Assembly (NCBI GenBank): GCA_964608665.1
Contig: CAZSQJ010000002.1
Span: 3,508 to 67,507 of the forward strand
Direction: 5' to 3'
Source of the DNA: an uncultured Bacteroidales bacterium
GTDB lineage: Bacteria; Bacteroidota; Bacteroidia; Bacteroidales; CAIXZF01
Length of the DNA stretch: 64,000 bases
Both the position numbers and the translations under genes were made by a program. Of the stretch, positions 29,261 through 38,305 are shown piece by piece (positions within the stretch are counted from its first letter, which is position 1; every line of letters starts with the position of its first letter). Under the pieces are notes generated by a model, which saw only the letters and a program-made list of their open reading frames with translations, had not been told where the DNA came from and made no database searches.

Positions 29261-31354
29261 TCATCTGCAATATTTCTCAATTTCCTTTTCAGCTTGTATC
29301 AGTCCGAGTGACCAAGCTTTTTCCAGGTCGCTGCATCCTTCAATTTTCCGGTTGATCCGTATCAGTGCCAATCCGCGCATGCCCCATGCCAGGGGATTCA
29401 GGCTGTCGGAACGCAGGGCGAGTGTCAGATCTTCCGCGGCGTGCAGGAAGTCGCCGGCGTTGTAACAGGCAAATCCTCGGTAGGCAAGGGCATTTGGATC
29501 ACCGGGACTTAGTACCAGGCATTGATCGAAGTGTTTGCGCGCCTTGTAAAAATCTTTCAGCAGGTACCATGCGAATCCCAGTTCGAAGTATAGTTGGGGT
29601 GTTTTGAGTCCGAGCCGCAGGCTTTCTTCCAGATCCCGGATGGCCGCCCGGGGGTCACCGGTTTTATTCCTGCATTTACCGCGGTTGGCCCATGCCCTTG
29701 CCATGCCTGGTGCCCTTTCGACGGCACGGCTGAAATCGGCGCAGGCTGCTTCATGCCGGCCGGTGGCGGCAAGCACCAAGCCCCTGTTGTTATAGGCTTC
29801 GGCAAAGCCGGGCGCAAGGGAGATGACCTTGTTAAAATCGGCCAGTGCCCTGGGGGTTTCTCCGGCAGCCAGCAGCAGCAAACCGCGGTTGTTAAGGATC
29901 CGGTATTGCTCAGGATTGCGTTCCAGGGCTTCATTCAGGTCGTTCAGGGCATCGGCGGTCCGTCCCAGTCCCTGGTACAGGGCTGCCCTGTTGGCCAGGG
30001 CGCGCGGGTTTTCCGGCTGGAGAGCAATGGCACGGTTGAAATCCCCGAGCGCGGCCGCGCTGTTCCCTGCAAGCTGCAGTTCCCTCCCGCGGATGTTGAG
30101 GGCGGGATAAACATCCGGGTGATGTTTCAGGATGTCGGTGACCAGCGTCATGCTGTCTTTCCATACGGTCACCCTTTCGGTTGTCAGCAAGCCCAGGACG
30201 GGCAGGATCAGCACAGGCAGGATGAAGGCCATGCGGCACCGGAGATTCAGAAGATAAAACCCATGTCCGGCAATGAAAAACAAGCCGATGGAAGAAAGAT
30301 AGGTGTAACGGTCGGCGATCAGGTAATTGGAGACAGGGATCCACCGGAGGAAGATGAAAATATTAACCAGGAAGAAAGCCAGTCCGAAGAAAATGACGGG
30401 CCGGCGGCGGTAGCTGATGATGAGCAGCCAGACCAGCAGCAGGGCAATCAGCAGTCCTGTAATGGCTGAAAACATGACCGCAAGACGTTCTCCGGGCAGG
30501 GGGTAATAGGCTGAGAGCTGCAATGGAACGGTCAGTTTATAAAAATACATTGCCAGTGCACCGGCTGCCGTCAGCAGGGTATGCCACAGTCCCGGCGATA
30601 CGGTCTGTTCGCCCAGATAGCCGGTTTCGCGCTGAGCCAGCAGCGCAATCACGCCCATCAGCAGCAGGGGCAGCAGAAAGGGCAGTTTCTCCCGCCAAAG
30701 TTTATGATCCGTGAGTTTTCTTCCTTTGAAATAGTCAATCAGCAGCAGACAAAATGGCAGGAAAACGCCCTGGCCTTTGGCGAGTGCCGACAGGAGTGCG
30801 GCCGCCAGCGACAGGAGCAGCCATTTTTTTTGATTTCGCGAAAGATACAGCAGGTACCACCACACGGACAGCAGGAACCAGGCAGTAAACAGAACATCTT
30901 TTCTGGCGGTTGCCCAGGCTACAGCCTCCACATGCATGGGATGAAGCGCAAAAAGCAGGGCGGCGATACCGGCAGTGTTGCCATTGCCGGCGAGTTTGCG
31001 GATAATGACAAAGACAAGCAGTGTGTTGCAGAGGTGCAGCAGAAGGTTATGCAGGTGGAAGACCAGGGGGTCAGGCCCGTTGATTCCGTAATCAAACATC
31101 AGCGAAAGCAAGGTGAGCGGATGGTAATGTCCTTCAAAGGAGCTGCTGAAGATCTGCCAGAGGTTCTGGAGCGTAAAGGAATGGATCAGGGTGTTCTCGG
31201 TGATATAGATCCCGTCGTCCCAGCTGACAAAGCCGTTGCGGAACACCGGCATATACGCCAGTACCGTGACGATCACGCATGTAATGAGCCAGGCTGCAGG
31301 GCTGAAGTGGATCCGGGAGGCAGTCCGGTGATCAGTGATTTGGGATGCGTTCAT
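29261..31354 (-). CDS. TMTC-like membrane protein (DUF1736-type polytopic domain plus C-terminal TPR repeats)
   Basis: N-terminal approx. 10 TM helices with HPMHVEAVAWATARKDVL. The C-terminal approx. 270 aa hold about eight TPR units (AEAYNNRG, ARAWANRG, ALAYRG...). Confidence 0.75.
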   Translation of the reverse strand: MNASQITDHRTASRIHFSPAAWLITCVIVTVLAYMPVFRNGFVSWDDGIYITENTLIHSFTLQNLWQIFSSSFEGHYHPLTLLSLMFDYGINGPDPLVFHLHNLLLHLCNTLLVFVIIRKLAGNGNTAGIAALLFALHPMHVEAVAWATARKDVLFTAWFLLSVWWYLLYLSRNQKKWLLLSLAAALLSALAKGQGVFLPFCLLLIDYFKGRKLTDHKLWREKLPFLLPLLLMGVIALLAQRETGYLGEQTVSPGLWHTLLTAAGALAMYFYKLTVPLQLSAYYPLPGERLAVMFSAITGLLIALLLVWLLIISYRRRPVIFFGLAFFLVNIFIFLRWIPVSNYLIADRYTYLSSIGLFFIAGHGFYLLNLRCRMAFILPVLILPVLGLLTTERVTVWKDSMTLVTDILKHHPDVYPALNIRGRELQLAGNSAAALGDFNRAIALQPENPRALANRAALYQGLGRTADALNDLNEALERNPEQYRILNNRGLLLLAAGETPRALADFNKVISLAPGFAEAYNNRGLVLAATGRHEAACADFSRAVERAPGMARAWANRGKCRNKTGDPRAAIRDLEESLRLGLKTPQLYFELGFAWYLLKDFYKARKHFDQCLVLSPGDPNALAYRGFACYNAGDFLHAAEDLTLALRSDSLNPLAWGMRGLALIRINRKIEGCSDLEKAWSLGLIQAEKEIEKYCR

Positions 31355-31543
31355 GCTTCAAACATACATAAAAGTAGGAAGCCGGATTCCGGTAAAACAG
31401 TCCGGGAGCATGTCCGGCAACCCAAATACTTCTGAACAGGGTGGAAAAACAGATGAGATGCTTTCGTAATAGTCAGTAACACAGTGATATAGCTCTTGCT
31501 TTGGGGAAAATCTTACAGGGCTTGATTTTTTTATAAAAAGATA

Positions 31544-31551
31544 TATTTTTG
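31544..31551 (+). promoter_or_regulatory. Bacteroidota-type promoter (-7 TATTTTTG, with TTG at 31522-31524)
   Basis: Exact TAnnTTTG match with an upstream TTG at 19-nt spacing, 32 nt before the ATG at 31584. Confidence 0.5.
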
Positions 31552-31583
31552 CACAAAATTAAACACATAAAAACTCGCAAGCG

Positions 31584-31805
31584 ATGTATTGGACACTGGA
31601 ACTGGCCTCGAAGCTGGAAGATGCACCCTGGCCCGCCACCAAGGAGGAGTTGATCGACTACTGTCTGCGGTCAGGTGCTCCCGTGGAAGTGATCGAGAAC
31701 CTTCGTGAGATAGAGGATGAAGGCGAGGTCTATGAAAGTATCGAAGATTTATGGCCTGAATATCCCACCAAGGAGGATTTCTTTTTTCACGAAGACGAAT
31801 ACTGA
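31584..31805 (+). CDS. DUF2795 domain protein
   Basis: WPATKEELIDY..RSGAPVEVIENL..IEDEGEVYESIEDLWPEYPTKEDFFFHEDEY is the conserved small protein usually found upstream of secA in this phylum. Confidence 0.85.
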   Translation: MYWTLELASKLEDAPWPATKEELIDYCLRSGAPVEVIENLREIEDEGEVYESIEDLWPEYPTKEDFFFHEDEY

Positions 31806-31827
31806 TCCAGGGATTATTCCCGGGAAA

Positions 31828-31861
31828 AGGCTGTCCCAGGCTTGGGTCAGCCTTTTTTTTT
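31828..31861 (+). terminator. Rho-independent terminator after DUF2795
   Basis: Hairpin AGGCTGtCCCAggctTGGGtCAGCCT followed by a run of 9 T. Confidence 0.6.
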
Positions 31862-31914
31862 GAAATATGAAATATGAAATATGAAATATGAGGTATGAGG
31901 TATTGTATGAAGTA
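31861..31914 (+). repeat. 7-bp word array (TGAAATA x4, TGAGGTA x2, TGAAGTA)
   Basis: Read directly: tgaaata tgaaata tgaaata tgaaata tgaggta tgaggta ttgta tgaagta. Confidence 0.9.
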
Positions 31915-32031
31915 TAAACTCTAAACCACCCTAAACACTCAACCTTAAACTGATAACTATTTCAACCCGCGGATGCAATACCATCATCACACTCCTTTGC
32001 GACTTTACGGCACCTTTTTTGAGATATGTGC

Positions 32032-32039
32032 TACCTTTG
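32032..32039 (+). promoter_or_regulatory. Bacteroidota-type -7 promoter box (TACCTTTG) for secA
   Basis: Exact TAnnTTTG match 22 nt upstream of the ATG at 32062. It lies inside the longer ORF-track version, which argues for the 32062 start. Confidence 0.45.
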
Positions 32040-32061
32040 CCAAGAACCTAAATCGAAAGTC

Positions 32062-35000
32062 ATGCTGGGTTTTTTAAAGAATATGATGGGCACCAAGTCG
32101 GACCGGGATTTGAAAGAACTCAAACCCATGTTGGACAAGACCCTGGCTGTGTATCCTTCCATTGCAGCGCTGGATAATGATGCATTGCGTGCCAGAACGG
32201 CCGCTTTCAGAAAGCAGCTTCAGGAACATGTAAGGGAGGAGGAAGAAACGATCGCGCAACTGAAAGCCAGGCTTGAAGCGGAACCCGACATGGATGTGCA
32301 TGAGAAGGAGAAACTTTACAGCGAAATAGACCGGTTGGATAAACATCAGTATGAGAAAACCCAGGAAATGCTGTCGGAGATCCTGCCGGAGGCGTTTTGC
32401 GTGGTGAAGGAAACTGCCAGACGGCTGGTGGAGAATGAACAGGTCGAGGTGACCGCCACCCAGTTCGACAGGGATCTGGCTGCCAAAAAGGCGAGTGTGG
32501 AGATCAGGGGCGACAAGGCGTATTACCATAATACCTGGATGGCCGGTGGAAATATGATCCGTTGGGATATGGTGCATTATGACGTGCAGCTCATCGGTGG
32601 CGTTGTGCTGCACCAGGGAAAGATCGCGGAAATGGCGACCGGTGAAGGCAAAACCCTTGTGGCAACCCTGCCGGTGTACCTCAATGCCCTTCCCGGGAAA
32701 GGCGTGCATATTGTTACCGTGAATGATTACCTTGCCAAACGTGACTCGGAATGGATGGGGGTTTTATATGAGTTTCATGGTCTGCGGGTGGATTGCATCG
32801 ACAGGCATGAACCCAATTCGGAGGACAGGAAAAATGCCTACCTGGCCGATATCACTTTCGGTACCAACAATGAATTCGGCTTCGATTACCTGCGTGACAA
32901 TATGGCACGCAATCCGGAGGAACTGGTCCAGCGTATGCATAATTACGCCATCGTCGATGAGGTTGATTCCGTGCTCATCGATGATGCACGTACGCCCTTG
33001 ATCATCAGCGGTCCGACACCCAAGGGCGACAACCAGGAGTTTGATTCCCTGAAACCCCAGATGCTCAAGTTGTACAATGCACAAAAGAACCTGGTAACCA
33101 GGATATTGAGCGAAGCCAAGACCATCCTCTCGAAGGATAACCCCACTCCCGAGGAGGAGAAGAAGGGTGGGGAACAGTTGTTCAGGGCGCACCGGGGCTT
33201 GCCGAAGAACAAGGCGCTGATCAAGTTTCTCAGCGAGCCCGGCATGAAGGCATTAATGCAGAAGACCGAGAATTTCTACCTGCAGGAACAGCAGAAAAAC
33301 ATGCATATCATTGATGATGAGCTGTTTTTTGTGATTGATGAAAAAAACAACACCATCGACCTGATGGAAAAGGGGATCGACCTGATCACCGAATCATACG
33401 AAGACCCGAAGTTTTACATCATTCCTGACCTGGGTGCGGAGCTTGCTGAGCTTGACAAACAAGGCCTGACAGATCAGAAGAAACTGGAGAGGAAAAACGA
33501 GCTGCTGCGCGATTTCAGCATCAAGTCGGAGCGTATCCATACGGTGAACCAGTTGTTACGGGCCTATGCCTTGTTTGAAAAGGATGTGGAGTACGTGATC
33601 ATGGATAACAAGATCAAGATCGTGGATGAACAGACGGGCCGTATTCTGGAAGGGAGGCGTTACTCCGACGGTTTGCACCAGGCCATCGAAGCCAAGGAGA
33701 ACGTGAAGGTGGAAGCGGCCACGCAGACCTATGCCACCATCACCCTTCAGAATTATTTCCGCATGTACCGCAAGCTGGCAGGGATGACGGGGACGGCCGA
33801 AACGGAAGCCGGAGAGTTATGGAATATTTACAAGCTGGATGTCGTGGTAATCCCGACCAACCGGCCTGTAATAAGGGAAGACAGGGAGGATCTGGTATAC
33901 AAGACCAAACGGGAGAAATTCAACGCGGTGATCGATGATGTGGTTGATCTGACAAAGAAAGGCCGTCCAGTGCTGGTGGGTACCACTTCCGTTGAGACCT
34001 CGGAACTGCTTAGCAGGATGCTGAACATGAAGAATATCAAGCACAATGTGCTGAATGCGAAGATGCATGCACGGGAGGCGGAGATCGTGGCGCATGCGGG
34101 TGCACCTTCGGCGGTGACCATTGCCACAAACATGGCAGGCCGTGGTACCGACATCAAGCTGGGTCCCGGGGTGAAAGAGGCCGGCGGATTGGCTATCATC
34201 GGCACCGAGCGGCACGAGTCGCGGCGTGTGGACAGGCAGTTGCGGGGACGTTCCGGTCGCCAGGGCGATCCGGGCAGTTCGCAGTTTTTTGTTTCACTGG
34301 AAGACGACCTGATGCGCCTGTTCGGGTCTGCCCGTATTGCCAGTGTGATGGACAGGCTGGGATTGAAGGAAGGGGAGATGATCCAGCATTCGATGATTAC
34401 CAAATCCATCGAAAGGGCGCAGAAAAAAGTGGAGGAGAATAACTTCGGTATCAGGAAAAGGCTGCTTGAGTACGACGACGTGATGAATGCCCAGCGTGAG
34501 GTCATTTACAACAAGCGCCGACATGCCCTCTATGGGGAACGCCTTTCTGTGGACACTTCCAACCTGATGTTCGATATCAGTGAAATGCTGGTGGCCCAGT
34601 ATCAGGACGGAGGCGATTATGAGGGTTTCCAGATGGAGATGCTGCGGTCTTTCGCCATCGAGTCACCCTTTACACAGAAAGACTTTTTAAACAAAAGCGA
34701 TTCAGTGCTCACAGAGGAGCTGTTCGAATACCTGGAAAACCAATACCGTTTGAGGAAAGCGTTCATAGCGGATAATGTGTATCCGGTCATTCGTGATATT
34801 TACGAGAACAATCCGCGTTTCGAGAACATTGCCATTCCCATCACCGACGGCATGAAGACCCTGCAGGTGATCGCCAATCTGAAGAAAGCATACGATGACA
34901 AGGGCAGGGAGGTGAACCTGGCCATTGAGAAGGGGATCACCCTCGCCCTGATCGATGAGGCCTGGAAAGAGCATTTGCGGGAGATGGACGATCTGAAGCA

Positions 35001-35355
35001 GTCGGTGCAGAATGCCACCTACGAACAGAAAGATCCACTGCTGATATACAAGTTCGAGTCCTTTGAACTTTTTAAGACCATGATACAGCGGGTGAACAAG
35101 GACATCTGCAGTTTCCTGCTGAAGGGCAACCTGCCGGGTGCCGACCAGGCGCTGCAGGAGGCCGGATCGCCCAGGCGTACGGACATGAGCCGCCTGAAAA
35201 CCGGACGCGACGATGTGGCTGCGCCCAACCGTACATCGGAACCTCAGAAACCACAGCCTGTCAGGGTGGAGAAAAAGGTCGGCCGGAATGACCCCTGTCC
35301 GTGCGGCAGCGGAAAAAAGTTCAAACACTGCCATGGTCGCGGCGTTGTGGCCTGA
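32062..35355 (+). CDS. secA: Preprotein translocase ATPase SecA
   Basis: N-terminus [24 protein letters not shown]-like box [21 protein letters not shown], and C-terminal zinc finger [14 protein letters not shown]. Confidence 0.97.
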   Translation: MLGFLKNMMGTKSDRDLKELKPMLDKTLAVYPSIAALDNDALRARTAAFRKQLQEHVREEEETIAQLKARLEAEPDMDVHEKEKLYSEIDRLDKHQYEKTQEMLSEILPEAFCVVKETARRLVENEQVEVTATQFDRDLAAKKASVEIRGDKAYYHNTWMAGGNMIRWDMVHYDVQLIGGVVLHQGKIAEMATGEGKTLVATLPVYLNALPGKGVHIVTVNDYLAKRDSEWMGVLYEFHGLRVDCIDRHEPNSEDRKNAYLADITFGTNNEFGFDYLRDNMARNPEELVQRMHNYAIVDEVDSVLIDDARTPLIISGPTPKGDNQEFDSLKPQMLKLYNAQKNLVTRILSEAKTILSKDNPTPEEEKKGGEQLFRAHRGLPKNKALIKFLSEPGMKALMQKTENFYLQEQQKNMHIIDDELFFVIDEKNNTIDLMEKGIDLITESYEDPKFYIIPDLGAELAELDKQGLTDQKKLERKNELLRDFSIKSERIHTVNQLLRAYALFEKDVEYVIMDNKIKIVDEQTGRILEGRRYSDGLHQAIEAKENVKVEAATQTYATITLQNYFRMYRKLAGMTGTAETEAGELWNIYKLDVVVIPTNRPVIREDREDLVYKTKREKFNAVIDDVVDLTKKGRPVLVGTTSVETSELLSRMLNMKNIKHNVLNAKMHAREAEIVAHAGAPSAVTIATNMAGRGTDIKLGPGVKEAGGLAIIGTERHESRRVDRQLRGRSGRQGDPGSSQFFVSLEDDLMRLFGSARIASVMDRLGLKEGEMIQHSMITKSIERAQKKVEENNFGIRKRLLEYDDVMNAQREVIYNKRRHALYGERLSVDTSNLMFDISEMLVAQYQDGGDYEGFQMEMLRSFAIESPFTQKDFLNKSDSVLTEELFEYLENQYRLRKAFIADNVYPVIRDIYENNPRFENIAIPITDGMKTLQVIANLKKAYDDKGREVNLAIEKGITLALIDEAWKEHLREMDDLKQSVQNATYEQKDPLLIYKFESFELFKTMIQRVNKDICSFLLKGNLPGADQALQEAGSPRRTDMSRLKTGRDDVAAPNRTSEPQKPQPVRVEKKVGRNDPCPCGSGKKFKHCHGRGVVA

Positions 35356-35360
35356 GGACG

Positions 35361-35407
35361 TTTAGAAGTTTAGATGGTTTAGAAGTTTAGTGGTTTAGAT
35401 GTTTAGG
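35361..35407 (+). repeat. 8-9-bp word array (TTTAGAAG/TTTAGATGG type, 6 units)
   Basis: tttagaag tttagatgg tttagaag tttagtgg tttagatg tttagg, starting 6 nt after the secA stop. Confidence 0.9.
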
Positions 35408-35464
35408 TTACCCTGAGCGGAGTCGAAGGGTCCTCAGCATCGCTGTCAGTCAAACTGAGCGCTT

Positions 35465-35486
35465 GCCTGCTGTCAGGCTTTTTTTT
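35465..35486 (+). terminator. Possible weak terminator after secA
   Basis: GCCTG-ctgt-CAGGC followed by T8. The stem is only 5 bp. Confidence 0.35.
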
Positions 35487-35686
35487 CACCGCAAAGACGC
35501 AGCCTCGCAATGAATTCATTATTACTATAGGTAATTAACAATCAACTATTTACTAATTACTAATTACTATTCACTAATTACTAATTACTATTCACTTTTC
35601 ACTTCTAACCCTCCAGACAAATTCCACACCTGAGGCAATGAGACCCTAAGCCCCTCAAATTGGTCAGCCCCGTGGGGTTTGATAAA
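35483..35686 (+). repeat. Degenerate direct repeat, copy A (upstream flank of the ATPase gene)
   Basis: Shares ordered blocks with 37074-37247: TTTTCACCGCA, TTCATTAT, AATTAACAA, CAACTA, ATTCACTTTTCACTTCTAA, CACACC, GGGGT(T/A)TGATAAA. Confidence 0.75.
35551..35606 (+). repeat. 7-bp word array (TACTAAT/TACTATT/CACTTTT, 8 units, with 21-bp super-period)
   Basis: tactaat tactaat tactatt cactaat tactaat tactatt cactttt cacttct. Confidence 0.9.
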
Positions 35687-35723
35687 ATGTGTCATTATGT
35701 GATGAAAAATGCACAAAATATTA

Positions 35724-35731
35724 TAAATTTG
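35724..35731 (+). promoter_or_regulatory. Bacteroidota-type -7 promoter box (TAAATTTG) inside inverted repeat GCACAAA/TTTGTGC
   Basis: Exact TAnnTTTG match 19 nt upstream of the ATG at 35751. The 7-bp arms at 35711-35717 and 35728-35734 bracket it. Confidence 0.5.
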
Positions 35732-35750
35732 TGCAAAACACACGAAGAAA

Positions 35751-36989
35751 ATGCTAAGGGAGATCATTATCAAGCAAAAGGAGGAACTCGGACGCATGAT
35801 GGCTGAGCCATATATCCCGAGGGAAGTTGTGATAAGTGACAGCGGCAGTGACCTGGTCAGGGTGATATCCGGACCCCGCAGGGCGGGCAAATCATTCTTT
35901 GCTGTGCATGCAATGGTGAAGGGACGGCATGCCGGTTATGTGAATTTTGATGATGAAAGACTTCTCGGCATACAGAATTATGATGAAATAACAGCCGCCG
36001 CCGATGCTGTTTACCAGAACCCTGAATACCTGTTTTTCGATGAGATTCAAAACCTGAGCCGATGGGAATTATATGTGAACAGGTTGCAGCGTTCGGGCAG
36101 AAAGATTATCCTTACCGGGAGCAATGCCAACCTGCTCGGCTCGGATCTGGCCACCCACCTGACCGGAAGATATTTGCTTACCCATATATACCCGTTTTCG
36201 CTCAGAGAGGTGTTGTCTGTTTTTCCGCAGGCTTTGACAGAGCCCGAAAGGTATCAGATATACCGTGACTATATCCGGAAAGGAGGCTATCCCGAGATCT
36301 GGCTGAAGCAGGTTCCGGCGGAGGAGTACCTGAACACCCTGACCGATTCGGTGATCTTTAAAGACCTTATCAAACGCTTCAGGGTCAGGAATATCAGTCC
36401 GCTTGATGCCCTGATCCGCTTCATGACAGGCAATCCTGCCAGGGAGGCTTCGCTGCATACCCTGGCTGCCGTGCTGGATGTATCCAGTCCGCATACCGTC
36501 AAAAAGTATTTAAGTATGCTGGAGGAAGTATTCCTGGTCTTCTCCATTCCGCGCTTCTCATTCAAACTCAAAGAACAAATAAGCCACAACAGGAAGTATT
36601 ATGTATTCGATAATGGTATCATCTCATCCATGGGCTTTTCAGGAAGTCCGGACGAAGGCCGCCTGCTGGAAAACCTGGTGGCGATTTCTCTGAAAAAGAG
36701 AGAAAAGGATGGAAGCAGGGTGTTCTTCTGGCGGAACCAGCAGAAGGAAGAGGTTGATTTTGTGGTTTTTAAGAACCGGAAAGTGGAACAACTCATTCAG
36801 GTATGCTATGATATCTCGCATCCGGCTACCCTGAACCGGGAGATAAAAGCTTTGTTTTCAGCTTCCCGTGAATTGAACTGCGATCGTTTGCTTTTATTGA
36901 CTGATCATGTTGAAGGAAAGGAGACTGTGTCACGTGCAGGATACACTGCCACCATCTGCATCCAAAAGGCCTTCCGGTGGTTTTCCTGA
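35751..36989 (+). CDS. AAA+ ATPase with DUF4143-type C-terminal domain
   Basis: Walker A GPRRAGKS, Walker B LFFDEIQ, then the conserved GGYPE block and a C-terminal EVDFVV segment typical of the AAA_14/DUF4143 family. Confidence 0.85.
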   Translation: MLREIIIKQKEELGRMMAEPYIPREVVISDSGSDLVRVISGPRRAGKSFFAVHAMVKGRHAGYVNFDDERLLGIQNYDEITAAADAVYQNPEYLFFDEIQNLSRWELYVNRLQRSGRKIILTGSNANLLGSDLATHLTGRYLLTHIYPFSLREVLSVFPQALTEPERYQIYRDYIRKGGYPEIWLKQVPAEEYLNTLTDSVIFKDLIKRFRVRNISPLDALIRFMTGNPAREASLHTLAAVLDVSSPHTVKKYLSMLEEVFLVFSIPRFSFKLKEQISHNRKYYVFDNGIISSMGFSGSPDEGRLLENLVAISLKKREKDGSRVFFWRNQQKEEVDFVVFKNRKVEQLIQVCYDISHPATLNREIKALFSASRELNCDRLLLLTDHVEGKETVSRAGYTATICIQKAFRWFS

Positions 36990-37073
36990 TCATGATTATT
37001 TCATTCTTGCCTTCTTGCCCTCTCGCATCCCCGCATTCCTGCATTTAACGATGTCCGCCTGACAAGCCGGTTA

Positions 37074-37247
37074 TTTTCACCGCAGCGCCGCAGCGTGTTC
37101 ATTATAACTTATAAACAATTAACAAACAACTACTTACTGTTTACTATTTACTTTTCACTATTCACTTTTCACTTCTAAACCTCTAAACAGATTTCACACC
37201 AAAGCCGAAGTCCCGGGAATTAGATAAACCCATGGGGGTATGATAAA
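37074..37247 (+). repeat. Degenerate direct repeat, copy B (downstream flank of the ATPase gene)
   Basis: Same ordered blocks as copy A. No gene follows it in the plus orientation. Confidence 0.75.
37131..37172 (+). repeat. 7-bp word array (TACTTAC/TATTTAC/TTTTCAC, 6 units)
   Basis: tacttac tgtttac tatttac ttttcac tattcac ttttcac. Confidence 0.85.
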
Positions 37248-37280
37248 CGTAAGTTTCTTAAAATCACTGAGGTGGCATTG

Positions 37281-37308
37281 GAATATCCTGAATATCCTGT
37301 GTATCCCT
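37281..37308 (+). repeat. 9-10-bp word array (GAATATCCT x2, GTGTATCCCT)
   Basis: Read directly from the sequence. Confidence 0.8.
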
Positions 37309-37325
37309 GTTAAAAAAATGTTTAT

Positions 37326-37373
37326 AATGCAAGAATCCCAGAATGCCTGAATGCAAGAATGCAAGAATGAAAG
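37326..37373 (+). repeat. 8-bp word array (AATGCAAG type, 6 units)
   Basis: aatgcaag aatcccag aatgcctg aatgcaag aatgcaag aatgaaag, ending 1 nt before the stop codon of the minus-strand gene. Confidence 0.9.
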
Positions 37374-37374
37374 G

Positions 37375-38295
37375 TCAGTCAGGCAAGGCGATGGAAGCGA
37401 AAGAGCGGCGGATCCCCTTTTTATACTTGATCTCCGGATAGCCGAAAATGACGAAGACGCCTTCGCGGCTGGGGAAGCGGATGCCGTGTTTTTCCCTGAA
37501 CTGTCCGGCTTTTTTGCCTTTCTGTATCATGGGATGGATGGCTCCCAGCATGCAGGTTCCCAGGCCGAGGGATTCCCCTGCGATCATAGCATAGGTGGCT
37601 GCCACGATGGGATCGGCCGGATCGCAGTATGGTGAGCCGTAGAAGTACATGGCCAGGGGCGCGTCGTAGGTAACATTGTTAACCCCTTCATCCATGCCGC
37701 CTGTGTAGGTTTTGAACAGGGGCCTGATGAATCCGCGGAACATCTCGTCGCTCGCCTTTCCCCAGAACGGCCGCATCAAAGCGAGAAACCAGCCCGACAC
37801 CAGCCACTTCATGCTTTTGAGGAATTCACAGTAATCCTTTGCGAATGCATGGTTCTTTTCCCTGCTGTCGAGTACCAGCACGTTGACGTCGGAAGGCGGC
37901 AGACCCATCGGTGCTGTCATCGCAGCGTTGAGGATGAGACCGGTGATTTCCGGACTTACCTCCCTGTTTTTGAAACGCCGGGTGCTTCTTCTTCTCTGAA
38001 GTAGCGGGAGCAGGTTGTTGTACGTGGCATCTGTTTCCTGAGGGGGAAGGGGAAAGATATCGTCCGGACTGATTTCTCTTCCATGCACCGCGATGGCCCC
38101 GCCGGGGCAAACGGCCATACAGTGCCCGCAACCGATGCAGCCAAAATGAGATGATGCTGTGGTGCTCACTTTACCGTTGGTGAGCGCAAGGCATTGGTCG
38201 GAGCAGACCGATACGCACAGGCCGCATCCGTCGCATTTTTCCGCGATCAGGCTGATGTTGCCGGCTTCTTTGGTTCTTGTGGTGGGGATGGCCAT
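37375..38295 (-). CDS. 4Fe-4S dicluster ferredoxin domain fused to a nitroreductase-family domain
   Basis: CDGCGLCVSVC and CIGCGHCMAVCP cluster motifs, then a nitroreductase-like region (RRSTRRF...). Confidence 0.8.
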   Translation of the reverse strand: MAIPTTRTKEAGNISLIAEKCDGCGLCVSVCSDQCLALTNGKVSTTASSHFGCIGCGHCMAVCPGGAIAVHGREISPDDIFPLPPQETDATYNNLLPLLQRRRSTRRFKNREVSPEITGLILNAAMTAPMGLPPSDVNVLVLDSREKNHAFAKDYCEFLKSMKWLVSGWFLALMRPFWGKASDEMFRGFIRPLFKTYTGGMDEGVNNVTYDAPLAMYFYGSPYCDPADPIVAATYAMIAGESLGLGTCMLGAIHPMIQKGKKAGQFREKHGIRFPSREGVFVIFGYPEIKYKKGIRRSFASIALPD

Positions 38296-38305
38296 AAAAT
38301 ACTAA

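Noticed and set aside
29594-31435. 291-aa and 284-aa plus-strand ORFs
   Set aside because: They are antisense to the TMTC-like TPR gene. Their composition is Gly/Pro/Gln-rich and low-complexity, and they have no start context.
32026-32061. Longer secA start ([12 protein letters not shown]...) from the ORF track
   Set aside because: A TAnnTTTG -7 box lies inside this extension, and the canonical SecA N-terminus begins at the ATG at 32062.
35361-37373. Word arrays considered as a degenerate CRISPR array
   Set aside because: The period is only 7-10 bp, there are no spacers, and no cas genes are in the window.
37351-37635. 94-aa ORF starting MQECKNE
   Set aside because: Its start is created by the AATGCAAG word array, and the rest is antisense to the ferredoxin-nitroreductase gene.
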